Shown: piece by piece, positions 49,035-63,175 of the stretch | How positions within the stretch are numbered: the first letter of the stretch is position 1 | How the letters are laid out: every line of letters begins with the position of its first letter | Source: Lama glama | Taxonomy: Eukaryota | Length of the DNA: 64,000 nt | Assembly: GCA_028534125.1 (NCBI GenBank) | Contig: CM052817.1 | Location: forward strand, 51,648,001-51,712,000 | Direction of reading: 5' to 3' | The notes under the pieces: model-generated | The model's database searches: none | The model's input: only the letters and a program-made list of their open reading frames with translations | Told to the model about the DNA's origin: nothing | Position numbers and translations under genes: made by a program

Positions 49035-52000
49035 GTAAGACAGAAAGCTGTGATTCCGAACTTTTGCAGCTGATCTCTTCCTTACCTTGATCTGACCATT
49101 TGGCTGTTAAGCACATCCCATAACAAATCAGACAAGCATATATCAGTAGATAACCTCAATGTTTGATGTATTTCTTAAGCTTTACTTGTCCATGCGAGTA
49201 CTAACTTCTAAGCACCTGATTTCTCTTTTCCAGCTATGCTAGCTTCACAAGAATAGTACTGTTAGTATTTATTATGTCATTAATATAACCGTATATTTTT
49301 GATATAGTTTTTTTACTTTAATCTGAATTTTATTTTCCTCTCAAAACTATTTATTGAAATATTCTCTCAAAAGCTTCAGTTCTAGTGTTTTGGAGGGCCT
49401 GTGTCTGTGCTTGGCATTTTAGAGGAATAGGATAATAATTCTAGTTACCCAGCATTCTATCCTAATAGGATGATGGATACAAAGTGGAAACTCTGGCAAA
49501 CAAGCATTTTGAGAAATAACCAACCCTTTATTATGACGGCATTTATTTTCAGCTTCTTAGTAATGTCAACCTGAATGCATCAATCATAGTATATACTGAC
49601 TTGAAGTGAATTTTATTCAATGTTTTATCAGTAGATACATTAATATGTGTATTACATATTTACATTTTTCATTTTGAACAAAAATAAAAGAGGTAGCGCC
49701 CTGACAAGAGGTTGTGTAAAGATATTTACTGACATTGAGCTGAGCATAATAACTTTCCTAAAAAAAAATAGAGAAACAAATAAAAGCATGAGTGTGCTCT
49801 ATTCCTACAACAAACATATTTTCATTTTTCATCCAGGCCATTGTTAGAATGGCTACTTAGTAATGAGAGCTGTTCATTTGAAAATGTTTTGGTGTTAGAT
49901 TGTTATCAAAAATCTGATGAAAATCTTCATGGAAATATTTAAACCTGCACAAATATGCAAATATGCAGAAAATATACTATAAGATCCAAGAAAAGTCAGA
50001 AAATTAATATCCATATCGATTTTATTACTGTTTTACTCATTTACTTTTGATTCTTTAGCACCTATTCAACTCATAAATACATAGAATTAGGCATTTTCAA
50101 TAGGTTGCATATTGTGTTCTGAAAGATTTATTACTACATCCTTAAATTACAGTAGTGATATTTTATTTTCATAAAACACTGTTACTTCCTTGAAGATCCT
50201 TCCTCTTTTCTGAAAATTCCCTTTCTTCTAGTTCTTGTTCATTGACAAGTATTCAAAGTTTTCTTAAGAATGTACATAGAAATCCATTGCGTACTTTTAG
50301 CGTTAGAATAGCAGTGACACATTTTCAGAATTTCTAGCTGGGAAGCAGTTGGTATTTATTGGCCCTCCCCAGCCAGAAGCCTGGCTGTCTAGTGCCACAC
50401 TGACCTCTTCTCTCTGAAGTCACCTGGGGAGAGTGCTCTCCCTCTGTACAGTAGATGCTTTCTGGAAGATAAGCTAATTCCACCAGTCTTGTCATAAAAA
50501 CTTTGCTCAGATTTTGATCAAGTAAGATAATTGAGTGGACTGTAACTACTCAGAAAACTACCATGAGATAATGTGTCTTTTCTACCTCAACAGGGTGAAT
50601 AACTAGGATACATTTGCAGAGCTGGTTTGTAATATCATTTATTTACTTCTGACTGAGATATGGGTTGGCTTCTTCCTTCCCAATAAATCCAGAAGTGTTA
50701 GTTTATAGGACATGGGGATCGTAAGAAGATATTTTATTTGTTGGATCCACTGAATAAAAATGGAAGAAAGAGCCAAGGTATAGAGTGGAATAAATTAGTG
50801 TGTTTGAGGGTTTATTAAAGGACAAGTAAAATACAGGAAGTGTTTTATTGTAGAATTAGCACACTATATCTAGTTAACCAAAGTATTGTTAATGTGAATT
50901 TACTGATGATATTCAGCTAGGGATTCTCATTTACCTGCATACGAATCAACCTCTGAAATTACTCCCCCAATTTTTTCCCTAAAATATATATATACAAAAT
51001 TGACTTAAAAGCAATGCACTTGTTACATATGCAGCATTAGACAAAGTGTTTCAGAGAAGGTTCGATCTGTCTACTGTTTGAGACCTGAAGGATAGTACAG
51101 CTTTAGCACACACGTACACACACATACACACGCATACACATGAATTCCATATGTATCTGAAACTACTGTATGAGAATAACTAAATTTTAGTATGTTAGTT
51201 TTTAGTAAATAGAAATATTTAGTGTATTTCTCGGTTATACAAAAAAAAATCTATACCCAAGAGAAAAAGCTTAATTTTCAGCATGACTAAATCCAAGGCT
51301 TCGTAAAATAAGTTTTGGATATACTGTCTTCCAGAAGTATATTACTTTTTAAAAATAGCAATATTGATAAATGTGTGTGTTTTTCATTCATATTAAATTT
51401 TTTCTTAATTTAATTTCATTACACTGAGATTTATATTTTTTTACCAGCAAATTTTTTGCATGCAACTTTTGTTACTTCATTTTATTGAAAGCACATTCTT
51501 GAATTTCAGGGGACATTTGTCTTATGATAGAAATGTTTAAAATAAAATGTCATTTTATTTTACTTTTCATGGACAGGTTATTTTATGTTTCTATTATATA
51601 AATATACTTATCAAAAACTAAACGATGGAATTTTCGAAGGGCTTTTCCTATCTCATTCAAGGCAATGAACTTTACAATTTTTGTTGAGACTAAGAAAATC
51701 TTATCTACCTCATAGTACCTAGACTATACTGAATTAACTCAGTAAAGTCTTGCAAATAAAAGAAAAACTAAATGAAGAGATGTGGATGAAACCTAACAAA
51801 AATTTGGGGAGTTATCTTTAAGCATTAGAAAATTATTGAAAAAATTCTGTCTTAGGAATGGTCTAAAGACATAGAATTATGTATATTTCTCCTTCTTCAC
51901 TGTGCTAAAACGTGATTGATAAACACAAAATTATAATATTTAGACTCTTCTCTCACTTTGAACTTACTTTGTTTTATCACTTTTTAACCTCCTGAATATA

Positions 52001-54639
52001 TTGTAAACCAGATATTTGTTCCTAGATAACATGTCTTTTAATTGCAAATAATTTGACTGCTTAGTGGTGATATAAAAAAATTAATTTTGATGTATTGCCA
52101 AAATGTTAATATCATTTGTATGTAATATTTGTTGACAATTTATAACATCATGTGGGCCAGGAGAGAATATATCTTGAAGGCACATATTCACTGACAATTT
52201 AAGTTTTTATTCAGATTATAGGGAAAAATCAGGAATACAACACATTGACTACTGTGAGAATAATCTATTTCAAAGAAAAAAAATATTTTATTCTAAAATA
52301 TTTTGGAAATGAAAAATAAATCAAATATAGAGATTTTCTAATCTTTTTAGGCTAAAATTGATTACAAAGAGACCTCTTGGAGTCTCTTACCTAGATACAG
52401 TTAAAATAATATAGATAAGTATCAATCCTGAAAGAAAAAAGTTCTATTTTTAAAATGGCAAAGAATTCTAATATCTTAGGAGTCTATCAGTTCTAGAATT
52501 CATGTGATCATCTTGTTTAAAGGTGCTAAATTTTCCATAGAGCATTTTCTGCAGAATTCAGACTTTATTTTTTACTTTCTTTCCAATTACTTTTAAATAG
52601 TGTTTTCATGGGACTACAAAACAATTGACTTGTACTATGCAAACTATGAGCTAATTACCCTGGGCTGAAAATAAATTAAACCCCCTGATATGCACAGCAT
52701 GTTGTAATTGTTTTTTAATCTTTCTCTTTTATTGGTAATGACATGGCACATTGATAACTTTCTTATTATACCCTAATTGTGTGGACTTTTCTATTTTATA
52801 TGTGACTTTATAGATATATACATATAATTTATAGATATAGATATAAATTGTTTAACTGATCAATCTTTCAACCAATGATTGTCATCTCCAGACTCTTCTA
52901 ATTACATATTTGAGAAAGGCTTCTACTGTGACCTTCCCCTCTTTTTCCTTCCTTTGAAGACAATCATTGATACTATTAAACTGGATTTTTTTCCCTGTGT
53001 CCCTGTTTCAAACGTGGGGCCTAATTCTAAAAATTGAGTACTAGACACTTCTTTGTCTGATATAAAGCTTAAACTAACAGGATTTAGAGGTATAAAAAAT
53101 ACAAAGGAAAACATCTTTCCGTCAGTGTACAGAAACTGTTTCTTCTTTGAACCTTACTCAATATAGACACTCTGGGATTAAAGAATATATTTTAATACTT
53201 TGTTTCTTTTATTAGTTGTTTATGAATTTAATGAAATCTTAAGAAAATTTCAGAGCTTACTTTTTTAATTCAATTAATTCCACATGTACCCTCAGAGGTT
53301 AAAGACACACACATTGCACACATGCATGCCCACACTTATGTGCATGTGTTCTTGCATATAAACACGAGAAAAGGTAAAGCTGTTTGCCAATTTTAAAATT
53401 GGAAAACAAAACCAAGAAGTTATAGCTCTTGAAGAGGCAGAAGGAATCCTTCAAGCTGCTTAGCTTTGGATATGATTCTAAAGCTATTCATGTGTCACTT
53501 CAATGCTCTGATGGTCCTGAGATGATAAATTTAGTCTAAGGGGTGGCTTAATTCCTGTAAAAAGGATTAACTATTTTCCTGGCCAAAAAAATAAAACAAA
53601 AAACTTCCCTTGTTTGTCCTGGTCATGTTCAAATCCTGTAGCTGGACATGCAAATCCTATTTCCTTTTGTCTTTCATTAAACAATTGAAACTCAATCCAT
53701 TTGAAATATCTCATAATTTCCTGAGGCAAAAAATTTTTCAGGAGTCAGTGGCCATTCTACTTGAAGGCCAGGAACAAATTTAAGTTACTCAGATCATGTC
53801 AGAAATTTAGAGAAAAAAATAGATTATGAAAACACTGCTTTAGATTTTTTGTTACTTAAAAATGATATTAAAATTTAGCTTTTGTAATTTTTTTCAAATC
53901 TCTTAAAGTCTAACAGGTTGTAAATGACACCATTACAGACATATATTGAGTGACTATTGCACATCAAACACCAAGAAAAGCCCCAGGCATGTGAAATAAA
54001 AAGGCAGTGTCCTTTTTTCAGAGTGTTCCATTTTAAATTAGTAGTCTGATAAATGGATAGAATTTCATAAACAGAATTAAGAGTTAGGGATAAAGAGAAG
54101 AACTTAAATTAGAATCATTTCCTTCATGTTAACTCTTTTTCCTTTGGACCAAAATAGTTGTCTGATTCATTAATTCAAGAAACATTCGACTTCTTATTAA
54201 ATGCCTGACACAATTCTTATGTTATGAAAAACAATAGCTTGGTGGTAAAATCCACTGGATTTAGAAACTTTTCTTCAGGCTCATTTGGAGTCCAATAAAA
54301 TATTTATACAGGCATTTTGAATGCAATTATTTAACTCAAACAAGTGCCCAAGCCCTGCCCACTTTGATATCAAAGAATAAGAGCCTATTCAGTGAATGAT
54401 TTTTAAAGGCTTGGAGGTATTCGAAAACCTTCAAGGAATCCTCTTTGCCTAATGGAGAAACACAATAGAATTACCGATAATAATAAATATAACAGCGTCT
54501 ATCATGAATTACATGCCACCTACTGTTAGGCACTGTTACGTAATATCTCACAACACTATGTCTCACTATTAGCTCTGTTTCCAATTTATACTTCACAAAA
54601 TGTATCTTCTTTCTGTTTCTTGACTGTTACAAAAATAGT

Positions 54640-55010
54640 CCAGTCTTAAGGCTTTTGCACTGGCTCTTGTTGCTGCCTGAAACTCCCCTGCCCCAGAGAA
54701 CAGCATGGCTTCCTCCTTCTGTCTTTGCTCAATCTCATTCTCTCAGTTGCACTTACTGAAATGATGACCTATGAGTCCTTTCTCTGCTCATCAGATCTCC
54801 CTAATGCTAATCTGTCTCTTCATAACACTCTTTGTCATTAAACACATATATATTTATTATGCATTACAAATACATACACACACACACACACATATATTTC
54901 TTCGGTTGATTTCTGTGTCTGTCTCCCATACTAGAATATAAGATCCAAAATGACAGGGATTTCTATCTCTGGGCTCCCTGGCCCCTGCCCCTAGGTCAAC
55001 ATCTAGAACA
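54640..55010 (+). mobile_element. L2 3' fragment
   Basis: ggcttttgcactggctcttgttgctgcctgaaactcccc...catggcttcctcct...tctgtctcccatactagaatataagatcca...gacagggattt. Confidence 0.68.
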
Positions 55011-55844
55011 TAAGTTATATTACACATTTAGTTAGTGAGGGCCTGGGTCTTGAACACAGCTCTAAACTTAATACCCTTGCTCTTCACTATATAACTTTCC
55101 CATGACATACAGTCATTCAACTATATGGTTTTGGTGAAACTCTGAACTCTTGTATGTAAAGTCATTGATTTTCTACTACTGAAAATAATGGTATTAACAT
55201 TGAAAAACTTTCTAAATGGATTGGTAATATGAATAGAAGTTTATGTCAGTGATTTCTTGGCAATAAAGTATAAAAAATACACTGGATTAAGTGAATTTTC
55301 CCTCCATTCTACACTTGAAAATTACACCTGGTAAACTGTTATCTGTTTTAGAATGACATGTATCAGATGTCACCTACCCCATGACCATTTCCTAATATTG
55401 TGAAAGCTAGCTAATTTCACTCTTGTTTTCCCTCAAAACTTTTTTTCCCAATTGGACTAATTTTAGTTCATCATCTTATGTATCTCCCCTAATAGATATG
55501 TGTTCATCTCAGATTCTACTGTACATTCTCAGGAAATGTCCAGTGACCATATTACTGGAGGAGTGAAACTGGGTTCAGCTCTCTTGAAAATATGCTTCAG
55601 ACTACCTTTCCAGCATTATCACTATGTGTTTTTGAGCTGGATTCCTTTGGTTGCACATAACAGAAGCCAAATTTAAAGCTGCTTAATTCAAAAGATAATT
55701 ATAGATCATGCAGATGAAAAGTTCCAGAGATTTTTTTTAAAAATCCAAAGTACAAGCCCTTTTAGATCCAAATGCTAAAATATTATCTACTATGCAGTTG
55801 GAGACACTTGGTTCAAGAATGCTCTGGCACAAATATGGTATTTA

Positions 55845-55990
55845 AAGCCACTGATCAAAATGAGGCTATGTGGGTAGAGCCCGAGGGGAGAGTGGGGCAC
55901 TCTGGGTCGTGTTGAGAGGTCGAGTGAAGGAGGAAGATCCAGCCAAAGGAGACTGAGGAGGAGTGTCAGTGAGGTAGCAGGAGACCGGAC
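55845..55990 (-). mobile_element. L2 internal fragment
   Basis: tggtatttaaagcca...gaggaagatccagccaaaggagactgaggaggagtgtcagtgaggtag, an antisense L2 motif. Confidence 0.6.
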
Positions 55991-58900
55991 AATTGTTGGA
56001 TGACTGAAGTGGGATTGGTCACCATCCTGAGTCCAGCCCCTACTTCAGAGCTCTTGACCTTTGCTGTCAGAGCTCGTATGGCACAGGCTCTGACAGGAAT
56101 CTGATACACAGCCCCACAGAGTAAATCAGTCAGTAGCACTGGGGCCTTAACTAAAAAGAGGACCAGGAAGGTGTGCTGCATAGCAGTACAGTTAGAGCTC
56201 AGGCCTGAACACGACGTAGGGTCCGGCTCAGACAAAGCACATGAGGTGGGAGTGAAGAAAGAGGGTCTCACCCTGTGCCTTTTTTCCATATCTTCCATTT
56301 CTTCTCAATATTTATACCTCACCCACACATCAAGACTCACATCAGCCATTCTTTCTATCACAAAACCTTCCTCAATTCCTTTAGCCGAAGCATTCTCTCC
56401 TTCCACTTAAGTCTCAGAACAATATATCAGTATTTATCAAGGAATTTAACACTTTCAACCACAAATTATAGTCCATTGAGTAAATATCTGCTCTCTTCCG
56501 CCCGCCAGTAAGTATTTAGAGGATAAAGACTTCTGTGGCTCTCCCACATAACGTGATTGAATGAATGCCTCATAAATTATTGAATTAAAGATAAACTGGG
56601 CATCAATCTCTATTTGAAGTGCTTTGTCTCATTTTTCCCTATTGGTGTTGATAGTTTGGAAAGTGAAAAATGTTAGTAACTCTGACATGAGCACAATAAA
56701 ATACCTAACCCGTAAATGTACTTTCTTACTGAATAGTGAAACTTTTAGTGCCATCAATAAAATAAATGCAGTGATATCAAAGAACTGTTACATAGGAGTG
56801 AAGAAATCTTTACCAGTTTATGTTGTTTATTTGACATCTGCACATCCTAATGCCAGGATGATCCACCTGGTAATATTAAGCAGTACTAGCTTTTTATAAA
56901 TGATAATGTACATCAACATAATTGTATTTCTCTCTTGATTCTCTTCAAGTTCGGGGCATCATGGATATGTTGCTATATTTGACATCTTTAACAACTAAAT
57001 TATGTAGTGTTGGAACTTGATAAGTGTAAGTTTTGTATAAAATATCTTAATCAAATACTATTTTATTTTAAAATAATGCTAAATAGGCAAATATTTGTCC
57101 TGAACACATGCAATCACTGATTTTAGAAAATAGCTCATTAAAAGGAAGTCTCAGTAGTTTATGAATTAGCAATAGACGTGACTTCATAAAACTGTAATAA
57201 ATACAGGCATGTGTATTGATTTAATATCTGAGAGTTGTTATGCCTTCTGTTTTCTCATGATTACATGCTTTTTCCTTCAAAGGCTCTGAATCACAGATAA
57301 TTAGAGAGCAGATCATAATTTATTAATAACTGACAAATGGGGATCAGGGCAGAGCAGTGCCAGAAAGACTAGGAGCATAGCAACAACTAATTGCCCACTG
57401 TGGGAAGTAAATCGTCCTAAGAAACTGAACCCATGAGGGTTACTGGCTCAATTGCTCAACATTATTGAATATCCCACCTGCGACTTCTCACAGATCAAAC
57501 ACGTAAACATCATTGCAACTCTCAGGAAGTTATATTGAGGCAAACGTTTAGAAGGAAAAATTCTATTTATGGTACTGGAGGCAATTTAATGTCATTGATT
57601 TACAGAGATGAAAATTATTTTAGCAAAGAATCGAGAGCATTTCAGATTTCAAGTACTGTGAAACACAGGGCAGGTCAGAAGGCTAACCACAAGAGCAAAA
57701 TTTGCTTCTTGTCTGAAGCTCCATTTCTGTAAGAATATGATCCCATCTGAAAGAGACAATAGTGTGACATACCAGAAGATGCTGGGCTCTGGCAGAAAAC
57801 TCTGCTAGGTTTCTGGGAATCTCACCACGTCTCTCAGAACCACAATAGCACAGGCTTTCATAGGAACCTGATGGCCAGCTCTACAGAGGAAATCAATTAA
57901 CATGGTCCTATGCCAAAGGGTTGGCCATCTAGTCAACAACAATAAAAAATCAGTTAATTTCCTGAGCCATGTCTAGGAATAAACTTATTGCTGAGCAATG
58001 AAGCAAATGAACAATGTTCCAAATAATAGCAGCCCCATTTATTCAAGACCTGTGCTCTTTTTTAAAACTGGCATGAACCTGGAAAGAAATAAATGTTTCT
58101 AATGGATTAGCAACTCAGTCTCAAACAGCTGAATTCTTTATCATGCCGTGTAGAAGGGTTGACTTCAGATCTAGCTGATGGCTGAGATAGTTATAATGCT
58201 ACAAACCATAATATAGCCCAATTGTCTTGCTTACCAAATTCTTTTACTATCTCTCACTCCTTGCTTCTTTCTCATTTCTTACTCCCCTGAGTTTGTAACC
58301 TCACATAAGAACGACATACTTTTCTGTATCAGATCTTTGACATACACTTGCTGTCAATAGTCTGTGGGTGTTGTCCTCTCTCTTGGAGCCATCAGTGTTG
58401 CAGAAAGCAGTGTCAGTTTTTATTGTTCTTTTAGTTTTAATTGTATCTTTTTAATTATTATTTATGAAGACTCATTTTTTTCTTCCTAATCTTATGGTCT
58501 GGTGCTTGGTTGTACATCTCCGTAATGGTCATGAGTTCTCTTGAGTCAGGGTTGATTGAAAGGCAAGACAGAAGGTTTTGGGGCGCCTATTGTAGGTTTT
58601 CATTTCTTTGTTTTTGCTTCCTCTCCACACACCATTTTCATCCTGAATGGGAAGATATCATCAGGTTGACAGACTGAGACCTCCATGTGGTGATTAGTAG
58701 AGGAAAACTTCTCTGTTTCTTGGGTTTTCGTAGGCTGTTCTTAGACCAACTACGTAATTCCTCTTCAGTGTCCCTCCAGACTGAATAGTCCATGGCATTC
58801 AAATATTCTCAGGTATCTCACAGACACCTCTTCTCCACCTCCAAGGGCCCTCCACACATTGACAGTGGGAAATCCTAGCTTTCACACTCCTATGTCTATT

Positions 58901-59215
58901 TTGTTTGGTTTTCCTGAAGCAAGTTTAATAGACATTGGTTTGAACTAATTCTATTCTTGATGATGTACACATCTTGCCAACATTTAAAAAAAAAATCTAT
59001 CCATATGGAGTTCAATTGAGGTCATATAGCTTTGATTGTTTAATACTTTAATTTGTTAATACTTTGTTTAATTCCACTTTCCCTGTTTAATACCAAGAGA
59101 TATGTCTTTTTTAAAATATGAGAACATAGTACCCATAAAAATGTAAAAGATAATCATAACATATAGTCACAAAGCAACGAGTTGAACAAACATCTTGAAA
59201 ATATGTAAGTATACA

Positions 59216-59385
59216 GGGGAGGGTATAGCTCAAGTGGTAGAGCACTTGCTTAGCATGCATGAGGTCCTGGGTTCAATCCCCAGTACCTCCTCTAAAAATA
59301 AATAAACCTAGTTACCTCCCACCACCAAAATAAAATAATTAAATAATATAATAATAAATAAAACCTAAAAAGCTACTTTTAAAAA
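59216..59385 (+). mobile_element. tRNA-derived SINE, camelid vic-1-like
   Basis: GGGGAGGGTATAGCTCAAGTGGTAGAGCACTTGCTTAGCATGCATGAGGTCCTGGGTTCAATCCCCAGTACCTCC has Pol III A and B boxes, then an AT-rich tail. TSD core atgtaagtata at 59203-59213 and 59386-59396. Confidence 0.92.
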
Positions 59386-60639
59386 ATGTAAGTATATAAG
59401 ATTAATTGAAATATTTTCTATGTTAATATTACTATTTCCTAGATATACTGGAATTTACCACAAACCCTCAATGCTAAAGTTGTTTGTGAGATTTTCATAT
59501 GTGTCAGCAAAATATTGCTACATTTTTAAGGATGCTAAGTTTAGCATAAGTATTTAACCAATAGGTATTAAATTTATAGAATTATTCTTAATTTACTGCA
59601 GGTAAGATTATCAGGAAAATGCCAATCTATAGGCCCAATCTTCCTCAGAAAATTTTTAAGAAGAATTTAGTCACCCAAATGACTAACCTCTATCTGATTA
59701 TGCCAAAGATGATGTAAAACCTAAGTTATCATCAAAACAGCATTTACGTGATAAGTGATATTGAGCATTGTTTATATATACAGTTTGATGAGAAAGATAT
59801 ATGCTAAACCAGAATTCTATATTTGCATGACTTTGTGTGTTTTCTAATACATAAGGACCTCTTGATTTATTTTGATATTCATATCTGAATTTTTCTGACC
59901 TCCTTCTATTCCACCTGTTTCAAATGTACGTATGATGGTCAACTAGACTTACCTTTCTCTAGTCATTTGGAATGCAAAGGGCCAGGAGTCTTAAAGGCTT
60001 AAAATTAATCATTCCAAACCTGTGCTAGTGTGTACTGTCACTCACCGGCCCCAGGAGGGAAATAGCTACTTTGAATTCCAAGTAGATGTCTATTTTCCCA
60101 CCCAGTATTTTTCTACCCAGGCCCTGAGGCTTCTAAATCCCCATCCAAGAAACTGAAATGGGAAGTCCTTCTGTACATATCACATATCTGGTTGGGACTT
60201 GGGCAGTTTGGCCCATTGGTTCCTATCAGCTCCCCAAAGTCAGGGTGATGGGCTCCTGCTCTTGTCTCTCCAGCTCTTTGAAAAGCCCCTCACGCTAAGA
60301 GGACTTTTAAATAGCCCAGCTTGGAAGTCTAGTAGGGAGTCATCTCAGTGCATTAATATGTCATGAAGTGAAACTCACTATAAATTCTGCTTCCATCTTC
60401 CCACCCATTGCGTTTTGTCTCCTTAGACCTCAAATATTCAGTCTGCTGAAATGCTTCAGCTGTATCCTAAAATATTTTCAGAGGTTAGATTAATAGCCAT
60501 TTCCTTAGATGAAAATCCTGATTTTAATCCATGACATTACCAAGACCTCTTGCTGCCCACCTTTCCTATACATTTCAGTCAATTTTTTTACATTGCTTAT
60601 TATATAGTTGGCATAGTTATAATCATTGTCCTAATTTCT

Positions 60640-61400
60640 GACTAGCTGCTATTTTATTTATGCATTTTTAAAATTTCTGATTAAAAAGTATTTAGAACAT
60701 TCAAGACAAAATATAGACAGAAAATCAATCATGTATATTCACCAGAGGCAGTCAGTATTAATATTTAGTCATATATATTTAAGATATTTTATATACATAT
60801 TTGAGTTCAAAATTTATAGTTGTTTTCTGTTTTCCTTTGATTAGCATTATAATGTAAAAATTTCTTGTGTAATTGAAAATATTTTAAAAGCAAACATTTA
60901 TTACCTCTTTGATATTCTAAGGTCTAACCTTTTCCATATGCTTTCCCTTTTGTTTTGCTTGTTTTCTTTTGTTACGTTTTTTTAAGGGAGGGGGATTACT
61001 ATTTTTATCTCTAATGTTCTTAGAATACATTCGTATAATTCAAAGTAAGGGTCAATGAATATGAATATTTTGAAGATTGTTGATACATGTTGACAAATGA
61101 CCCTCTTAAATCATTGTACCAATTACAATTCCCCCCTACAGTGCATGAAATTGCTTGGTGGTACACAAACTAGTCAGTCTCTCCTAATTTGATAGGTGAA
61201 AAATAGTTCTGTGTTTTTAATTGTGTTTCTTTTTATTTTTGAGATTTAATAGGCTCATTAATATATATGTAATGAGTATAGTCATTAGCTATTTTATTAC
61301 CTATTTTGTAAATTATGTGTACATGCTCTTTACCCATTTAGGCTAGTAGGATCTTAGCTTTTCATATAGTAGAGATACATCTTTAGAAGTGGCAAGATTT
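60640..61400 (-). mobile_element. Highly decayed L1M (ME/MC) fragment
   Basis: ttgatacatgttgacaaatgaccctc...ttgtaccaattacaattccccc-acagtgcatga...tgataggtgaaaaatagt...ttaattgtgtttc. Confidence 0.55.
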
Positions 61401-62760
61401 GTTTGCTTTTTAGTAATATTTATTTTTCATGGGATACAAAAAATGTTAATTTTACATGGTTGAGGATCTAAATTAATATTTTCTATAGATTTGTGTAAGT
61501 ACCAACACTGTTTATCACCCTCTCATGATGCTGTTACAGGTCTCTACAAGTAGCATATCGTAAATAAGTGTCTACATAGCTGTTCCTTTGTCTATACTGC
61601 CTCTGGGCCATCAAACCTCTTCTTCCAATGTGTACCAGGATCATATTAGTTTAAGTATTATAATTTAAAAATATTTTTTCAGTCTTTGTCCAGGCAAATT
61701 TCTATTGGGGAATTACATATGCTCACAATTACAAATTTTGACATAAGTACTTTTCCATGTATGTAAAGCAATTGCAATCATAATTAACCACTGTTGTGTT
61801 ATATATGTGATAATGTATAAGAATAGTTAACATTTATCACCATTATATTTAATTTTAAACACTTACAACTGTCATATATATGACTTTGATACTACTGACT
61901 AATAGAAAACAAAATGTATTTACAGAATTTGAATAGCTTAATATGAAAATGGACCTCTAGCTTCCTTTTAAATTATTCTCATAATTAATTCAATTCTCAT
62001 AATTTATTTATCACAAAACACACACATTCCTTGTGTTTTGATCATTTTAGTGTACTTCCACAATTACTTTAATTATTTGAGAGTGATATAATTAAATTGA
62101 AACTTTAGTCCTGATTTTTCTACTTTATAAGTTGTGTGTATAATAAATGTGATTCAACTTTGGAAAAATATTTAAGAGCCACAATGAAGGGAGATAAATA
62201 AATCAGATCTTAAATATTTGGCTTACTTCTTTGAGTAATCTCTTCCCTCTTTGACCCACTCATATGTTTAATTAGTAGTACACTTTCATTAAGAAAAAGT
62301 AGTGTTTAAAACATATGTTACTATCAGAACTGTGCTTAGAATATTCTAATGTTTTTAAGCTGGCAAAATTAGCATCATTTTTTGCAACTTTATTTCCCCC
62401 TGTTTTTTCCTGTCTACTTTTCTCGAAATAAATTAAAACCTAAAGTAGATAAGCACTGTCGAGTTAGTCATGACAGTCGTACATTCCTCTTAAAGAAACC
62501 TTACAGACAGACCTGATTCAGCTGGGAAATGACTGGGAAGGGAAAGTTCAGTGAAAGGAGCCTGTTGTAAGTTTAGGCTTCTAGAAATGGAGGTAATTGA
62601 TGTTTGCTCGGTGGAGGTGTCATCCTGCAGGAGAAACACATGATTCAGTATTTTGTATATCAACACTATTATTGTTCCAGAACAGAACCAAGATAGTGGA
62701 TGGTTCCAAAGCTGTATCTGTGTAATTTCTCTTTATTGGACTGGTAAAGATTATCTCTTC

Positions 62761-63175
62761 TGTGGAAGTAAACAAACAATACCAAATGAGAACAAGCAAA
62801 GGCGATTTATTAAGAGCTTGCTATAGCAAGAGAATCAGCCACCATCACCTGAGTTTGGCAGAGACTCAAAGGCAGGCAGTGGTGTAAAAACTTTATTACG
62901 AAGAAAGGGAAAGCTTCAGGCCCGCCCTGCTGGGAGGCTGTTGGCCTGAGGAAGCTGGAGGTGGGCCTCCTGTGTGACTGCTTAGGCTTCCACTAGTCCT
63001 AACTAGCGACAAAAAATTCGGGAAGCTGGCATTTACTGATAAAGTTCTGATCACTTGGGTCAGTTATTACAGAGGTTATAATTTGGCTTCCTAAGCTGGT
63101 TGCTGCAGATTTTGGATCAGAGTTCTTTTTTTCTATTTAGTCTGATCATTGTCCATTTGTATATTTAGTCTCTCA
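62761..63175 (-). mobile_element. Solo LTR, probably ERV1 class
   Basis: TG...CA termini; perfect 4-bp TSD cttc (62757-62760, 63176-63179); tttatt at 62806-62811 gives AATAAA near the 3' end on minus; 415 bp. Confidence 0.8.

Noticed and set aside
49035..49038. In-frame stop right after the TM exon (LLSGR*), suggesting a kinase-less receptor
   Set aside because: The TAA is simply part of the consensus GTAAG donor, and there is no nearby polyA signal or other support.
55966..56511. Overlapping ORFs of 78-110 aa
   Set aside because: They lie in or next to decayed repeat sequence, with no recognisable protein similarity or splice structure.
59216..59290. tRNA-like sequence with A and B boxes
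   Set aside because: It has an AT-rich tail and TSD, and a diverged second copy lies at 47143-47263. It is a SINE, not a tRNA gene.
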